DNA from: an uncultured Candidatus Poseidoniales archaeon
GTDB taxonomy: Archaea; Thermoplasmatota; Poseidoniia; Poseidoniales; CAYMED01
Direction: 5' to 3'
DNA: 64,000 nt
NCBI GenBank assembly: GCA_964389655.1
Contig: CAYMED010000001.1
Coordinates: 1 to 64,000 of the forward strand
Every line of letters begins with the position of its first letter. Position 1 is the stretch's first letter. Positions 18,789 to 29,439 of this stretch are shown here, in pieces. The notes below the pieces were generated by a model. The model was not told the origin of the DNA. It made no database searches and was given only the letters and a program-made list of their open reading frames with translations. Position numbers and translations under genes: made by a program.

Positions 18789-19978
18789 ATTTCTTGAGTC
18801 TTGGATTTGTGGTAATTTGGGTTTTGGACCTCAACATCGAGAATCCATGTGCCTAACCCCTCAACATCTGCTTCAAGTCCTGCGGTTAGGATCATCAATT
18901 CGTTGTTGGGATTAATTGGGCGTAATTCAAAGGAGGTCGTGATTTCATGCTCCGCTAAGATGCTAATCCCCCCAATTTTCGAGTGTATCCCCCAGCCATC
19001 AGGAGGTCGGACCCGCAATACCTCTAACCCACGTTTTCCGGCCATCACCTTTACCTCTATTCGAATTCCCCGGGGGGTTGATGTGGCCATTCCATTGATA
19101 TCTGGCATCCCTTCTTCTCTGTCTCGATCTGCGAGGGCAACAAGTAGCGTTCCTAGCAATGGTGCTGACATCAGAATCCATGGCCCAATGGTGAATTTTT
19201 TCGATGACTGCATGGCCTCTACAAGGTCGATTATCTCAAGGGATGCCGGCGCCCCCCCTGTCCGATCAAGAAAACCGATGATCAGAGCATATCTCCCTTG
19301 TTCCCCGCTCAATAAATCAACATGATTTGCTAACAAATCTTCTTCTGTAAAATTAAACCAAAGGCTGGAAATTTTCCCTTTTGCTGGATCAAATCGGATT
19401 GAGTGTCGGTAAGCTTGGCCTAAATTTGGTACGGTGTCATAGCCAGCATCATCGAACATTGCAGATTTATCGATGATGATTGCAACGGCATCTATGCTAG
19501 CAGAGAGGTCGTAATTTGGAACTATTTCAACAAAGACAGAAAGCATTGCTCCATCTCCTGAATCGGCCAACCACCTTGCTTCCGTGTGCATCTCAAGTGC
19601 ATCACTTTTCTTTGTTAAATGAGCACTTTGGATTGCTTTCTCTATTGAAGGTGCATCGTTGGCAGGCGTGGCAATGCCATCAACATAGATGGAGGGTGAT
19701 TTCTCAACATCATTTGACATGGCACGCGCAACATATGCCTCCCGCCCCAATTCTTCCGATTCGTTTCGGTGAACCCAACTTAACCATATGATATCTGTGC
19801 GCCCAGGCGGATATAGCACCTCAGCCTCAATAGTTCTACATTCATTACAATGTAATGACGTAAATGATTCAACGAGGATTGGTGATTTATTGCCCGAACT
19901 AGCAGCTGTTAGTGTGGTGCTTGAAATACATATTAGAAAGGCGCAAATGCCAACCGACTTCCAAGTGGTGGCTCCCAT
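18785..19978 (-). CDS. Exported, membrane-anchored thioredoxin-fold CxxC protein (Omp28/DUF1223-like)
   Basis: Signal peptide, LVESFTSLHCNEC, cis-Pro-like SPSIYVDG, an Ig-like segment, a TM helix and a C-terminal beta domain. Confidence 0.65.
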   Translation of the reverse strand: MGATTWKSVGICAFLICISSTTLTAASSGNKSPILVESFTSLHCNECRTIEAEVLYPPGRTDIIWLSWVHRNESEELGREAYVARAMSNDVEKSPSIYVDGIATPANDAPSIEKAIQSAHLTKKSDALEMHTEARWLADSGDGAMLSVFVEIVPNYDLSASIDAVAIIIDKSAMFDDAGYDTVPNLGQAYRHSIRFDPAKGKISSLWFNFTEEDLLANHVDLLSGEQGRYALIIGFLDRTGGAPASLEIIDLVEAMQSSKKFTIGPWILMSAPLLGTLLVALADRDREEGMPDINGMATSTPRGIRIEVKVMAGKRGLEVLRVRPPDGWGIHSKIGGISILAEHEITTSFELRPINPNNELMILTAGLEADVEGLGTWILDVEVQNPNYHKSKTQEI

Positions 19979-20128
19979 CGGTTGGGTTGTGCGCGGTGGT
20001 GCCCATTAAGTGACCGATATGTTCTTGTTAGTCAGACCATTATGGCTTAGCCGATTTTGAAGACTCTAGAAGGTTGCAGGAAGGGGTTTTGGTTATATAT
20101 CTGAGAATACCGATTTGGCCCGGTTGTA

Positions 20129-23100
20129 ATGTCTGGTTGTTCACGCGCTACCTTGCTTTCGTTTTTGATGCTCAGTTCTCTTTGCGTTGCTGCCATGCCA
20201 ACTTTGGCTGAGAATACATCACTAGTTGTAGTGACTGAGCCCATACGCATAGTGGATGGTGGCTCCGTAAATGATCGGACCATAGCAATGGAGGCTGATT
20301 CTGAGGGCAATATCCACTATGTATTTAGCCGTAATTTCCAGCATTTGTATTATGCTATGCGAAACCCCAGAGGTGAACTTCTTATCGATGCAACTCAGAT
20401 TTCGAACTTTGGACAAAGCAAAGCCACCCACCCTGATGTGTCAATTGATGATGATGACCGAGTCCATATTGTGTGGGCAAACCGAGCAGGGCAGCATGCG
20501 ATTATGTATACGGCGATCGACCCATCTCTTGCGGCCCAAAATGGGGTGCAAAGTGATGATATCACGCTGACTGTGATTGATGACACCGTTGTCTCCCAAC
20601 GGTCACAAAATAGAGATTGGCCGGCAATTAGTATTGACTCTCGCGGAAACCCACATATTGTTTGGGAAGATTCTTTTGACCAACTCGACAAATTCTACCA
20701 ACACCCACAGATTTACTATCACATGTTTGAAGTGGATTATATAGGACACCGAGCAGTAACTGCAATCAAAGAAACTCTAATTACCCCTGTAATTGGCCAC
20801 AAAGGCCACCCTGATATTGCAGTAGATCGCGCCAATGGTGATCAAATTCAAATTGTGTGGGATGACACAAGAGGTGGGAAAGTAGAGATTGTTCTTCCTA
20901 TTGATACATCTGGTTCAATGTATTCTGAATGGGCAGATATGTGCACGGTTCTCTATGGAGGTTCTATGAGTAGTGGGGGCAATATGTTGGGCATCAAACC
21001 GATGTTGCAAGATGCAAATATCACTGTATTTGAGACGTTGTATGCGCTCAGCGGAAATTGGCCAGGTGCTGCGATGTCTGGCAACTGCGTTAAGGCCTAT
21101 CAAACAGGTGGATCCGGGTCACAGGGGCCTCGTTCAAATCACTTGGGACAAAATGAAGCCGATCACTCGGGTGGAATACGCGAGTTAAAGGATGTAGTCT
21201 ATGCTGGAAATTCAGTAAATCTTCCGCAAGATGGTGGCTATTACAGTGAGTTTTGGGGCCCTGGCACGACTTGGGCGTGCCTTTCATGGCGTGATGCAAA
21301 TGGAAATACACCCGGGCACCCCCCAACTCCAAAAGATCACAAATGGAATCCTAATGCAACCAAGATCGTCATTCCAATAAGTGATGAAGGACCATATGGG
21401 GGGAGCCCGGATCAACAAGCAGATGATAAGCAGACTATCAATGAAGCCCATGATTCCTGCATCGAAGCGGGTATTGTTCCTGTACCAATGTATGGTGGAG
21501 CCTCAACTGGAGTAGTCTCACACATGTGGGATCTTGCTACTTGTCCCGGAAGTTCGGTAACTACTACGCCTAGAAACTGCAATCCAAATGGTCCCGTAAG
21601 GCAGCAAGATGCTGGCGGTTCAGTGTATGAATTCCCGAGAGGCGGGGGTGGCAACCAAATGGGCAAGCTTGTTGAAGCAATGATTGCTTTGGCAACTAAT
21701 AACAGCCGTGAAATTTACACAACAATCCTTGACCCGTACGTGAAACTACAGGATCCCACCTTTACCTATGGAAGTCCAGCTTATTCTACAAGCGGTGGCA
21801 AGTATACTGAAGATGTTGGCCCAGCAGATGCAGCAAATGGGGACTATCATCTCGTGGTTGTAAATGATACACGGCTTACCCTCAACGATGCTTATTCCTT
21901 CCATCCGTCTATTGGAATTGATAGTAAGGGGTTCAGTCACATAGCATGGATGGACGCGCGTGATTACGGTTTTCGATTGGAACACCCATACGAAGTGTAT
22001 TACATGAAAACAAAATATGCTGGTAAACAACCATTCGACGGTATTGCTGGCGGCATGGGGACTCAGAATGTGTGGGAAGTGACACCTTCTGCAATTTCAG
22101 AAGTGGAAGGCGCCACTGGTTGGGACGGCCGATCAACCATATTTTCTTCTTACTTGCCCAGCCTCATCATAGATACACGCGACAACGTACACCTATCCTG
22201 GGTCGATAATGGCAATACAAGTGCGATACAAGAAGTAGTGTATACTAAGTTGAATGCAACAAGCAAGCATGGCCCATTTATGACCGCGGACGTGGCCTAT
22301 GATGGATGGGACCTCACAAAAATCACTCATTGGCAATCTGCAAAACTTGGCAGTTATCTCTCAAAGCGGCCCGATTTGGGTTGGCCACCAGCACTTGCTG
22401 CGGATATGGGGACGGGCGCCCATCTTGCATGGACAGATACCAACCGATGCAGTACAGAAACGAATAATTTCCTTTATACTGCCTGTTATACACATATATT
22501 GACCGGTATTGTAGAAGTTCAACTCCCTGAAGATGAATCCTATATCCATACGATAGAACCAGGTGAATGGACAAGATTCAACCTCACGGTCAATAATACC
22601 ACCCCGGGCCCAACAGACCTCGTCGCAGACCGCTATCTTCTTAATTTGAGTGAAGAGACATTACCGCGCAATTGGACAGCGAATCTTTACTTTGCTTCCA
22701 ATCACTCACGCGTTCTACCTGACACAGAGATTTTCTTAAAAGGTGGTGAAGCAGAACAACTCTACCTCGAAGTTCGAGCGCCTAGTATTTATCAAGCAGA
22801 CAAGGATCAAGATGCCCCTATTATGGTCACGGCTATTTCAGTCAAAGACTCGGCGATACGTGGTGACCGTTTAACAATCACGCGCATGGATGTTGTACAC
22901 GGGATTAAATTAGACACAAGCCATGTTCTTGCTGATATTGAACAAGGCCAAACGGCGGTGTTTTCAATCACTATAAAAAATACAGGTAATGTTGAGGATA
23001 CATTCTTGTTTTATGACCCTGAGACAATTGAAGGGATAATACAGTGGAACCTTTGCAAAGGATGTGCCATTAAATTTCCAAAATCAGTGACACTTGATCC

Positions 23101-25249
23101 AGATCAAACCACAACAAAAAACCTTGAGATTAGTATCCCTGAAGATCTTGATGCAGGCACCTATCCAATTTACGTGAAAGGTTGGTCAGCGGGTGAACCT
23201 ATTCTTTCCGTTGAGCGAGGGACTTATGACGTGATTGAGCTTTACGTTAATGTGAGTATCAAGAGTGTTGGAAATATTGTTTTCATACCATCTGATACAT
23301 CTAAATTGGTTCTACCGGGGAAATGCAAAGAATATGAGATTGATGTCAAAAAGAATTTTGAATCGGATAACATAATCTTTGATTTACCAGGATATGAGCA
23401 TCAACCATCGAATTTAACTGAATCACAAATCGAAGATTGGAAAGTCGATCATTGGGTCGTTCGCTTCAGTTTCCGTGATGCACCAGGTGGTGATACAGAT
23501 GGCTTTGGGAATGAAGTGCCTTGGGACTCTCCTCGATATTGGAATACTGAATTGCTAGATGGAACCCCCGCATCATACCCAGTATATGTGGAGGTATGTG
23601 CTCCAACAAATGCATCTGCCCGCTTTTCATACCATCAGATCATCAAAGCCCATTTGCAAGGTGCAAGCCGAATTGCTGACTCCGTCGTCTTGTCAACAAC
23701 TGTAGCTCAAGTTTATGAGCTTGAAGTTGAGATGGTTAAGGATAAATCGGTGATCAAAGGCGATCCATCCCTCCCATTATCCGTAGTGGACTCCCAGATA
23801 GAGGGGAATAGTGGATACGTGGTTGAAACAAACCCCGGCCGCATTCTTGAACTACCCATCCATATCACGAATCAGGGGAATGGCCCGGATCGCTGGGACT
23901 TAACCCTAGATGGAATTGTAGATAAAAATGGAAATCGCTACAACTGGGACATAGTACTCAATAAGAGTCAAATTATGTTCCTCGACCGCAATGCAGATCA
24001 AGAGCTTGTTCTTGAAATAGAAGTGCCATATGATTCACTAATGGGTGACTATACTCTTTCATTCAATATTCTCAGTCAGGGTGCGCGCTTACAATCAGTT
24101 CTTCCTGTGCAGGTATCTGTTCTTGAATATCATGACCTGAAGATATGTCCTCGCTTCACCTTGAAATCAACAGTGCTATCTGAGATGGGCTGCGACCGAA
24201 GTGGGGTGATTGATGATCGTGTTGAATCTGCAATTAAGGAAACTGCACCGGGCAAGACCGTTCGATTTGTTTTCAACATAACCAATTATGGGAATGTAGA
24301 GGACCTTGCCACATTCCACGTGCACACAAAATTGGCAAATGGGACTTGGAACTCAGTTCCTGGTTTGGGTTCACTGGAGACATGGAATGTACGTTGGGAT
24401 CAGCGTGTTTGGTACCGCTCCGATCAATTTGCAGACACCCCTCTTACTGAGGATAAGGGCATCTGGTCCATTCCTGAAGCAATAGCACCATTTGCCTCGG
24501 TTACTGTTGTTGCAGTTGTAGAAGTTTCACCTTCTGCCGTACTTGCTGACCGTGCCTTGGGTTTCAAAGTAATGTCAGATGGCGACGATCACGATGAGAG
24601 TCCTACGTGGGAAGGCTATTATCGGGACAGCAACGAAATCGATGTGGAAATACGCCTTCGAGCCCCGAATTTGGTGGTTAACAAAGCAGATCCATTAGCA
24701 ACACGCGCAGATGTGGGCGAAATCATCGAGATTTCCGTTCAAGTTGAAAATAACGGAAATACCCGTGCTGAAGATGTTGAACTGGTTTTATGTGTGGGGA
24801 TGAGTCGTGATGACATCGAGGAAAATGACGAAAAGTGTGATGAGGATAATATCAAAGATCGATTTACAATTCAGCGCATCATGCCTACAAAAGGCGAGAC
24901 TGATGTGATTGATCTTCGTATGGTATATTCCGTTGAAGCAGGTTCGTATGAAGCTTTCATTATCATAGACCATGACGATATAATCGTCGAATCGAATGAG
25001 AAAGACAATATCATTGCAGTTGGTTCTTCAACCGATGAGGGTGCAACTGATTTGTCATCAACTCGTGCGACCCTTGATGTGGCGGCAGAAACTGCAGCAA
25101 AAGTGGCTATGCCTGTATCAGTAACCGTTCTTCTTGTCGTTCTTGCAGTTATTGCCTTCCTTGTAGGTGGTGGACGCCGCAAGGAAGCGATGGATAGAGT
25201 TGCAGAACAATCTAGTTTGATGGTTGCCGGCTCCTCTCAAGATGACTGA
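20129..25249 (+). CDS. Giant cell-surface protein: beta-propeller with inserted vWA domain, five Ig-like repeats, CARDB-like domain, C-terminal TM
   Basis: Signal peptide; 7 blade-like P-x-I-x-x-D-x-x-G-x-x-H-x-x-W repeats; DTSGS MIDAS; repeated PG...F...N.GN..D Ig units; PNLVV...VESNEKDN CARDB-like; TM followed by RRK. Confidence 0.8.
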   Translation: MSGCSRATLLSFLMLSSLCVAAMPTLAENTSLVVVTEPIRIVDGGSVNDRTIAMEADSEGNIHYVFSRNFQHLYYAMRNPRGELLIDATQISNFGQSKATHPDVSIDDDDRVHIVWANRAGQHAIMYTAIDPSLAAQNGVQSDDITLTVIDDTVVSQRSQNRDWPAISIDSRGNPHIVWEDSFDQLDKFYQHPQIYYHMFEVDYIGHRAVTAIKETLITPVIGHKGHPDIAVDRANGDQIQIVWDDTRGGKVEIVLPIDTSGSMYSEWADMCTVLYGGSMSSGGNMLGIKPMLQDANITVFETLYALSGNWPGAAMSGNCVKAYQTGGSGSQGPRSNHLGQNEADHSGGIRELKDVVYAGNSVNLPQDGGYYSEFWGPGTTWACLSWRDANGNTPGHPPTPKDHKWNPNATKIVIPISDEGPYGGSPDQQADDKQTINEAHDSCIEAGIVPVPMYGGASTGVVSHMWDLATCPGSSVTTTPRNCNPNGPVRQQDAGGSVYEFPRGGGGNQMGKLVEAMIALATNNSREIYTTILDPYVKLQDPTFTYGSPAYSTSGGKYTEDVGPADAANGDYHLVVVNDTRLTLNDAYSFHPSIGIDSKGFSHIAWMDARDYGFRLEHPYEVYYMKTKYAGKQPFDGIAGGMGTQNVWEVTPSAISEVEGATGWDGRSTIFSSYLPSLIIDTRDNVHLSWVDNGNTSAIQEVVYTKLNATSKHGPFMTADVAYDGWDLTKITHWQSAKLGSYLSKRPDLGWPPALAADMGTGAHLAWTDTNRCSTETNNFLYTACYTHILTGIVEVQLPEDESYIHTIEPGEWTRFNLTVNNTTPGPTDLVADRYLLNLSEETLPRNWTANLYFASNHSRVLPDTEIFLKGGEAEQLYLEVRAPSIYQADKDQDAPIMVTAISVKDSAIRGDRLTITRMDVVHGIKLDTSHVLADIEQGQTAVFSITIKNTGNVEDTFLFYDPETIEGIIQWNLCKGCAIKFPKSVTLDPDQTTTKNLEISIPEDLDAGTYPIYVKGWSAGEPILSVERGTYDVIELYVNVSIKSVGNIVFIPSDTSKLVLPGKCKEYEIDVKKNFESDNIIFDLPGYEHQPSNLTESQIEDWKVDHWVVRFSFRDAPGGDTDGFGNEVPWDSPRYWNTELLDGTPASYPVYVEVCAPTNASARFSYHQIIKAHLQGASRIADSVVLSTTVAQVYELEVEMVKDKSVIKGDPSLPLSVVDSQIEGNSGYVVETNPGRILELPIHITNQGNGPDRWDLTLDGIVDKNGNRYNWDIVLNKSQIMFLDRNADQELVLEIEVPYDSLMGDYTLSFNILSQGARLQSVLPVQVSVLEYHDLKICPRFTLKSTVLSEMGCDRSGVIDDRVESAIKETAPGKTVRFVFNITNYGNVEDLATFHVHTKLANGTWNSVPGLGSLETWNVRWDQRVWYRSDQFADTPLTEDKGIWSIPEAIAPFASVTVVAVVEVSPSAVLADRALGFKVMSDGDDHDESPTWEGYYRDSNEIDVEIRLRAPNLVVNKADPLATRADVGEIIEISVQVENNGNTRAEDVELVLCVGMSRDDIEENDEKCDEDNIKDRFTIQRIMPTKGETDVIDLRMVYSVEAGSYEAFIIIDHDDIIVESNEKDNIIAVGSSTDEGATDLSSTRATLDVAAETAAKVAMPVSVTVLLVVLAVIAFLVGGGRRKEAMDRVAEQSSLMVAGSSQDD

Positions 25250-25360
25250 CGAGATTAACGTCATTCACTTAGACTGTTGAGGTTAATGCCCACCCGCTAG
25301 CCTGCTTTTTGGACTGCAATTTTGGCAAGGTTTCATCAGCCCACTTATTTTGCCGAAGCC

Positions 25361-26875
25361 ATGGCTGCAATGCTGCGAATTGATGAACTCCGGTCGGCAA
25401 CACCCCTCACCGGTGATTCGAACCATCTTGTACTTCCTTTATTCAAAGAAACTCTCCGACCTCCTACAAATTCTTTAGCTGGCTTCAGTCGCACAAACCG
25501 TGCTCTAGCACGGCATGCTATTGAATCTAAAGAATTCACCGGCGAATATGGTAAGAATTTCCCCCTATGGTCTCCTTCTCAATTTATCACTCTAGTTGGT
25601 TCAGGAAATCCCAGTGCCTTGACAACAGGGTCGTCCCGATTATTGGGTGGGAAAATTCGAGCAAGCATCGGTGATGAGCCATCAGATGTGATTATTATTC
25701 GATTTACGAAGAACTGGAAACTCGATTTTATGGTCAGTTTCCTTGAGGGCTTTTTATTGCGTGATTATCGTTATTTAGCATACAAAACAGATGCGAAAAA
25801 GCAGGATTTTTCAGTCCATGTACAAGTACAACCGCGCTATTTAGACGCGCTACGTGAGTCCAGTGAGCGCATGATGAAAGTAGTTGATGGAGTACACTTT
25901 TCCCGAGATTTAGCAAATGCCCCACCAAATGAATTGTACCCCGAATCATTTGTCAAACGCGTAATTGAACGCCTAAATGGGCGAAATAACATCTCTATCG
26001 AGGTATTGGAAGAAGATGAACTTTTGTCAGCAGGGATGGGGGGTCTGATTGGAGTGGGGCAAGGAAGCCGGCGCCCTCCGCGGCTTATGATCATTAAACT
26101 AAACACTCCATCTAAAGGGAAGGGCAAGCAGGCACCGCTAGCAATTGTCGGAAAAGGGATTACATTTGATACTGGCGGGATTTCAATTAAGCCAAGTTCA
26201 AGCATGGATGAAATGAAATTTGATATGCATGGGGCAGCAACTGTAGCTGGTGTCATGGATGCTTTGAGTGCTATGGAATCAGATAAGCACGTCATCGGCT
26301 TTGCAGCACTTGCTGAAAATATGCCTGATGGGAATGCACAGCGACCGGGCGACGTCATTTCAACGTATTCTGGTAAAACGGTAGAGGTATTGAATACGGA
26401 CGCAGAAGGCCGTCTAGTATTGGCAGATGCGCTTTGGAAGGCGTGCGAGTATGAACCGAAATGGATTATTGATCTTGCCACTTTGACTGGTGCTATTGTT
26501 ACTGCGCTTGGTCACGAAGCGACGGGACTATGGTCAAACAATGATGATTTAGCCAGTGATATCAAGCGAGCGGGCGACTCAGTAGGGGAACTGATTTGGC
26601 CCATGCCGTATCTTGAAGCCTTCATCAAACAAGTTACTTCTTCTAAAATAGCAGATTTGAAGAATCTGGGCGAAAGATGGGGGGGTAGTAATTCCGCGGC
26701 GGCCTTCCTTGGTGAATTCATCAAAAAGCGCGATGTGGATGGTTGTGAACAACCCGTTCCCTGGGCACATCTTGATATTGCGGGCACCGCGTGGGGCGTT
26801 AAATCCGATTTAGTGGATCACGGCGCAACAGGGGTGCATGTGCGGACTCTCGTTGATTTAATCAATAACCAATAA
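25361..26875 (+). CDS. pepA: Leucyl aminopeptidase (M17)
   Basis: VGKGITFDTGG, MKFDMHGAA, NTDAEGRL, ATLTGA and WAHLDIAGT. Confidence 0.95.
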   Translation: MAAMLRIDELRSATPLTGDSNHLVLPLFKETLRPPTNSLAGFSRTNRALARHAIESKEFTGEYGKNFPLWSPSQFITLVGSGNPSALTTGSSRLLGGKIRASIGDEPSDVIIIRFTKNWKLDFMVSFLEGFLLRDYRYLAYKTDAKKQDFSVHVQVQPRYLDALRESSERMMKVVDGVHFSRDLANAPPNELYPESFVKRVIERLNGRNNISIEVLEEDELLSAGMGGLIGVGQGSRRPPRLMIIKLNTPSKGKGKQAPLAIVGKGITFDTGGISIKPSSSMDEMKFDMHGAATVAGVMDALSAMESDKHVIGFAALAENMPDGNAQRPGDVISTYSGKTVEVLNTDAEGRLVLADALWKACEYEPKWIIDLATLTGAIVTALGHEATGLWSNNDDLASDIKRAGDSVGELIWPMPYLEAFIKQVTSSKIADLKNLGERWGGSNSAAAFLGEFIKKRDVDGCEQPVPWAHLDIAGTAWGVKSDLVDHGATGVHVRTLVDLINNQ

Positions 26876-28727
26876 TTATTCCGAAGATCCATCATCCACG
26901 ACTTCAAATTCAGCATCCACAACACCATCATCTGTTTGAACATCGTCAGCAGATGCCTGCTGATATAGCGCCTCTGTAAGTTCATACATCATTGCTTCTA
27001 ATTCACTTACTTTGGCCTGGATGGCGGCGTCATCGATTTCGTCTAATTCTCTAGGCTGTCCATCAACAACCACGAGACCTTCTAATTCATCCAAGGCGAG
27101 AGTTACTTTCTTTGAAAGATCTTCATCAATTTTTTCAGCATTATCGGCTAAAGTGCGCCTAGTTTGGTAAATAATTGAATCAGCTTGGTTTCTCAGATCT
27201 ACTTTTCCTTTTCTGGCTTTGTCAGATTCAGCATGTAATTCTGCCTCTGCAATTTTTTCTTTAATTTCATTTTCATTCAATGATGTTTGTGCCTCTATTT
27301 TGATAGATTGCTCTTTCCCAGTACCCAAGTCTTTGGCTGAAACAGAGGTGATCCCATTTGCATCAATATCAAAAGTCACTTCAATTTGAGGGATGCCCCG
27401 GGCAGCAGGTGGTATCCCAATGAGTTGGAAATTGCCCAAAGTAGTGTTGTCCTTTGCAAATTCTCTTTCACCTTGTAGGACGTGGATATCTACAGCTGGC
27501 TGGCTATCTGCCGCAGTAGAGAACACCTCGCTTCTTTTACTGGGTATGGTGGTGTTTCGTTCGATGAGGCGAGTCATTACTCCACCTAGGGTTTCTACAC
27601 CGAGGGAGAGGGGCGTAACATCTAGGAGAAGGATGTCTTTTACATGCTCATCTCCTGCAATTATCCCTGCTTGTAGGGCTGCACCCATTGCAACAGCTTC
27701 GTCGGGATTAATTCCCTTGAATGGTGCTGCTTTGAGTCGTTCTTCAATTGCTTCTTGGATTGCAGGAATACGCGTTGACCCTCCAACGAGTAATATCTTG
27801 TCAATATCTTCTGGTTTTAGGCCTGCATCGGACATTGCTTGGTCAACAGGCCCCATCGTTTTTTCAACAAGATCAGCAATAAGTTCCTCAAATCGGGCTT
27901 TAGTTAAATTGAGGTCAAGATGTTCTGGCTGGCCATCACGCATAGTAATGAATGGGAGATTTATTTGAGATGACCCCGAACTTGATAATTCGATTTTTGC
28001 CTTTTCAGCAGATTCCCTAAGCCGGCTCATAGCTTGCATATCAGCACTCAAGTCAATTCCTGTATCTCTTTTGAATTCATCAGCAATCCATTCGACTACT
28101 TTGTTGTCAAAATCGTCTCCGCCAAGTCGATTATTTCCTGAGGGCGCTTTGACCTCAATTTTGGGTTGATCATCGACCTGGTATATTTCTATAATTGATA
28201 CATCAAATGTCCCCCCCCCCCAAGTCATAGACTAAAATTGTCTGATCATCTTCTCGTTCAACCCCATATGCGAGTGCTGCAGCAGTTGGTTCATTGATAA
28301 TACGCAATACCTCAAGTCCAGCGATTCGTCCAGCATCTCGCGTTGCTTTTCTCTGAGAATCGCTAAAATAAGCGGGACAAGTGATGACTGCTTGTTTTAC
28401 TTCCTCACCCAGATATGCTTCTGCATCTGCTTTCAATTTCTGGAGAATAAATGCTGAGACTTCTTGAGGTGTGTATTCATTTTCACCAACTGTTTTACTC
28501 CAATCACTTCCCATCTCCCTTTTGACACTTAGCAGTGTCCTATCAGAATTCGTTATCGCTTGGCGCTTTGCGGTAACGCCAATGAGGCGTTCTCCATCCT
28601 TTGTGAATGCCACTGCCGAAGGTGTTATTCTCGCGCCCTCTGAGTTTGTGATCACTTGGGGGCTTCCCCCTTCTAATGTGGCTACACAACTATTTGTTGT
28701 TCCTAAATCAATTCCTATTACTGCCAT
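26876..28727 (-). CDS. dnaK: Chaperone DnaK (Hsp70), split by a +1 frameshift in a G11 tract at 28211-28221
   Basis: GIDLGTTNS...INEPTAAAL...VYDLGGG in one frame, then GGGTFDVS...[11 protein letters not shown] in the next. A 10-G tract would restore DLGGGTFD. Confidence 0.93.
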
Positions 28728-28741
28728 CTTCCCGTCCCCAC

Positions 28742-29335
28742 TTAGATTATTGGAATTCCCCCATCCCCATCGTTTCTGTCAGTAGATTCATCAATTATTA
28801 GATCAACCTCCATGACTGAATTATTTATGCTCCATCCAGTGATTGATTTTGTGTTGACTGGGAGGTGGAGTGTTTCCAGTGGGTGTGTGGATGCTTGTCC
28901 AAGAATGCGAAGCGTGCGCCCATCATCTAAAAGAGCCACTTCTAGACAATCATGTTCTGATATGTGGGTAGAACAATCAATGCTCGCCGTAGCTTTTTCT
29001 CCCATAATATAGAGGTCGTCAATTGGAATTTTCCGAATCCCTTCCTTGTCCACCTTAATTTCGATTTCTGCTTGTTTCTGAAATAGATTTGGAGATGCTT
29101 GTTGATTCCCCATTAACCTCATGATGTCCTCAAACGAAGTTTGGAGGTTGACATTTAACTTCCCTTCAGATATTTTCGTTAAATCAATACCAAGCCCTTC
29201 TAATTGTTTTTCGAACTGGCCCAAGAGCGCCTTTATATCATCTATGGGGAGATCCATATTAAATGACTCAAAAATTGATCTAAGCATTTCCATCATTCTT
29301 TCTTCATCGAAAGGGGGTGTTGAAGGTACGCTCAT
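28742..29335 (-). CDS. Divergent small heat-shock protein (Hsp20/alpha-crystallin-like)
   Basis: Helical N-terminus, beta-rich C-terminal domain ending LHLP...[11 protein letters not shown] (cf. NGVLEV), and terminal IPI (IxI) motif. 14 bp upstream of dnaK. Confidence 0.55.
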   Translation of the reverse strand: MSVPSTPPFDEERMMEMLRSIFESFNMDLPIDDIKALLGQFEKQLEGLGIDLTKISEGKLNVNLQTSFEDIMRLMGNQQASPNLFQKQAEIEIKVDKEGIRKIPIDDLYIMGEKATASIDCSTHISEHDCLEVALLDDGRTLRILGQASTHPLETLHLPVNTKSITGWSINNSVMEVDLIIDESTDRNDGDGGIPII

Positions 29336-29439
29336 ATCTCTCCCACTTGTTAACTCAAGGTTACGTAATCCCCCCCTCTTATCAATCTTCCTTCTTACTC
29401 CATACTCCCCCTTATATCTCAATTCACTACCCCGAGATT

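Noticed and set aside
25837-27968. Long antisense ORFs (e.g. 25837-26481, 27393-27968; likewise 36753-37277 and 43674-44228)
   Set aside because: They are in-register shadows of conserved genes on the opposite strand and have no motifs of their own.
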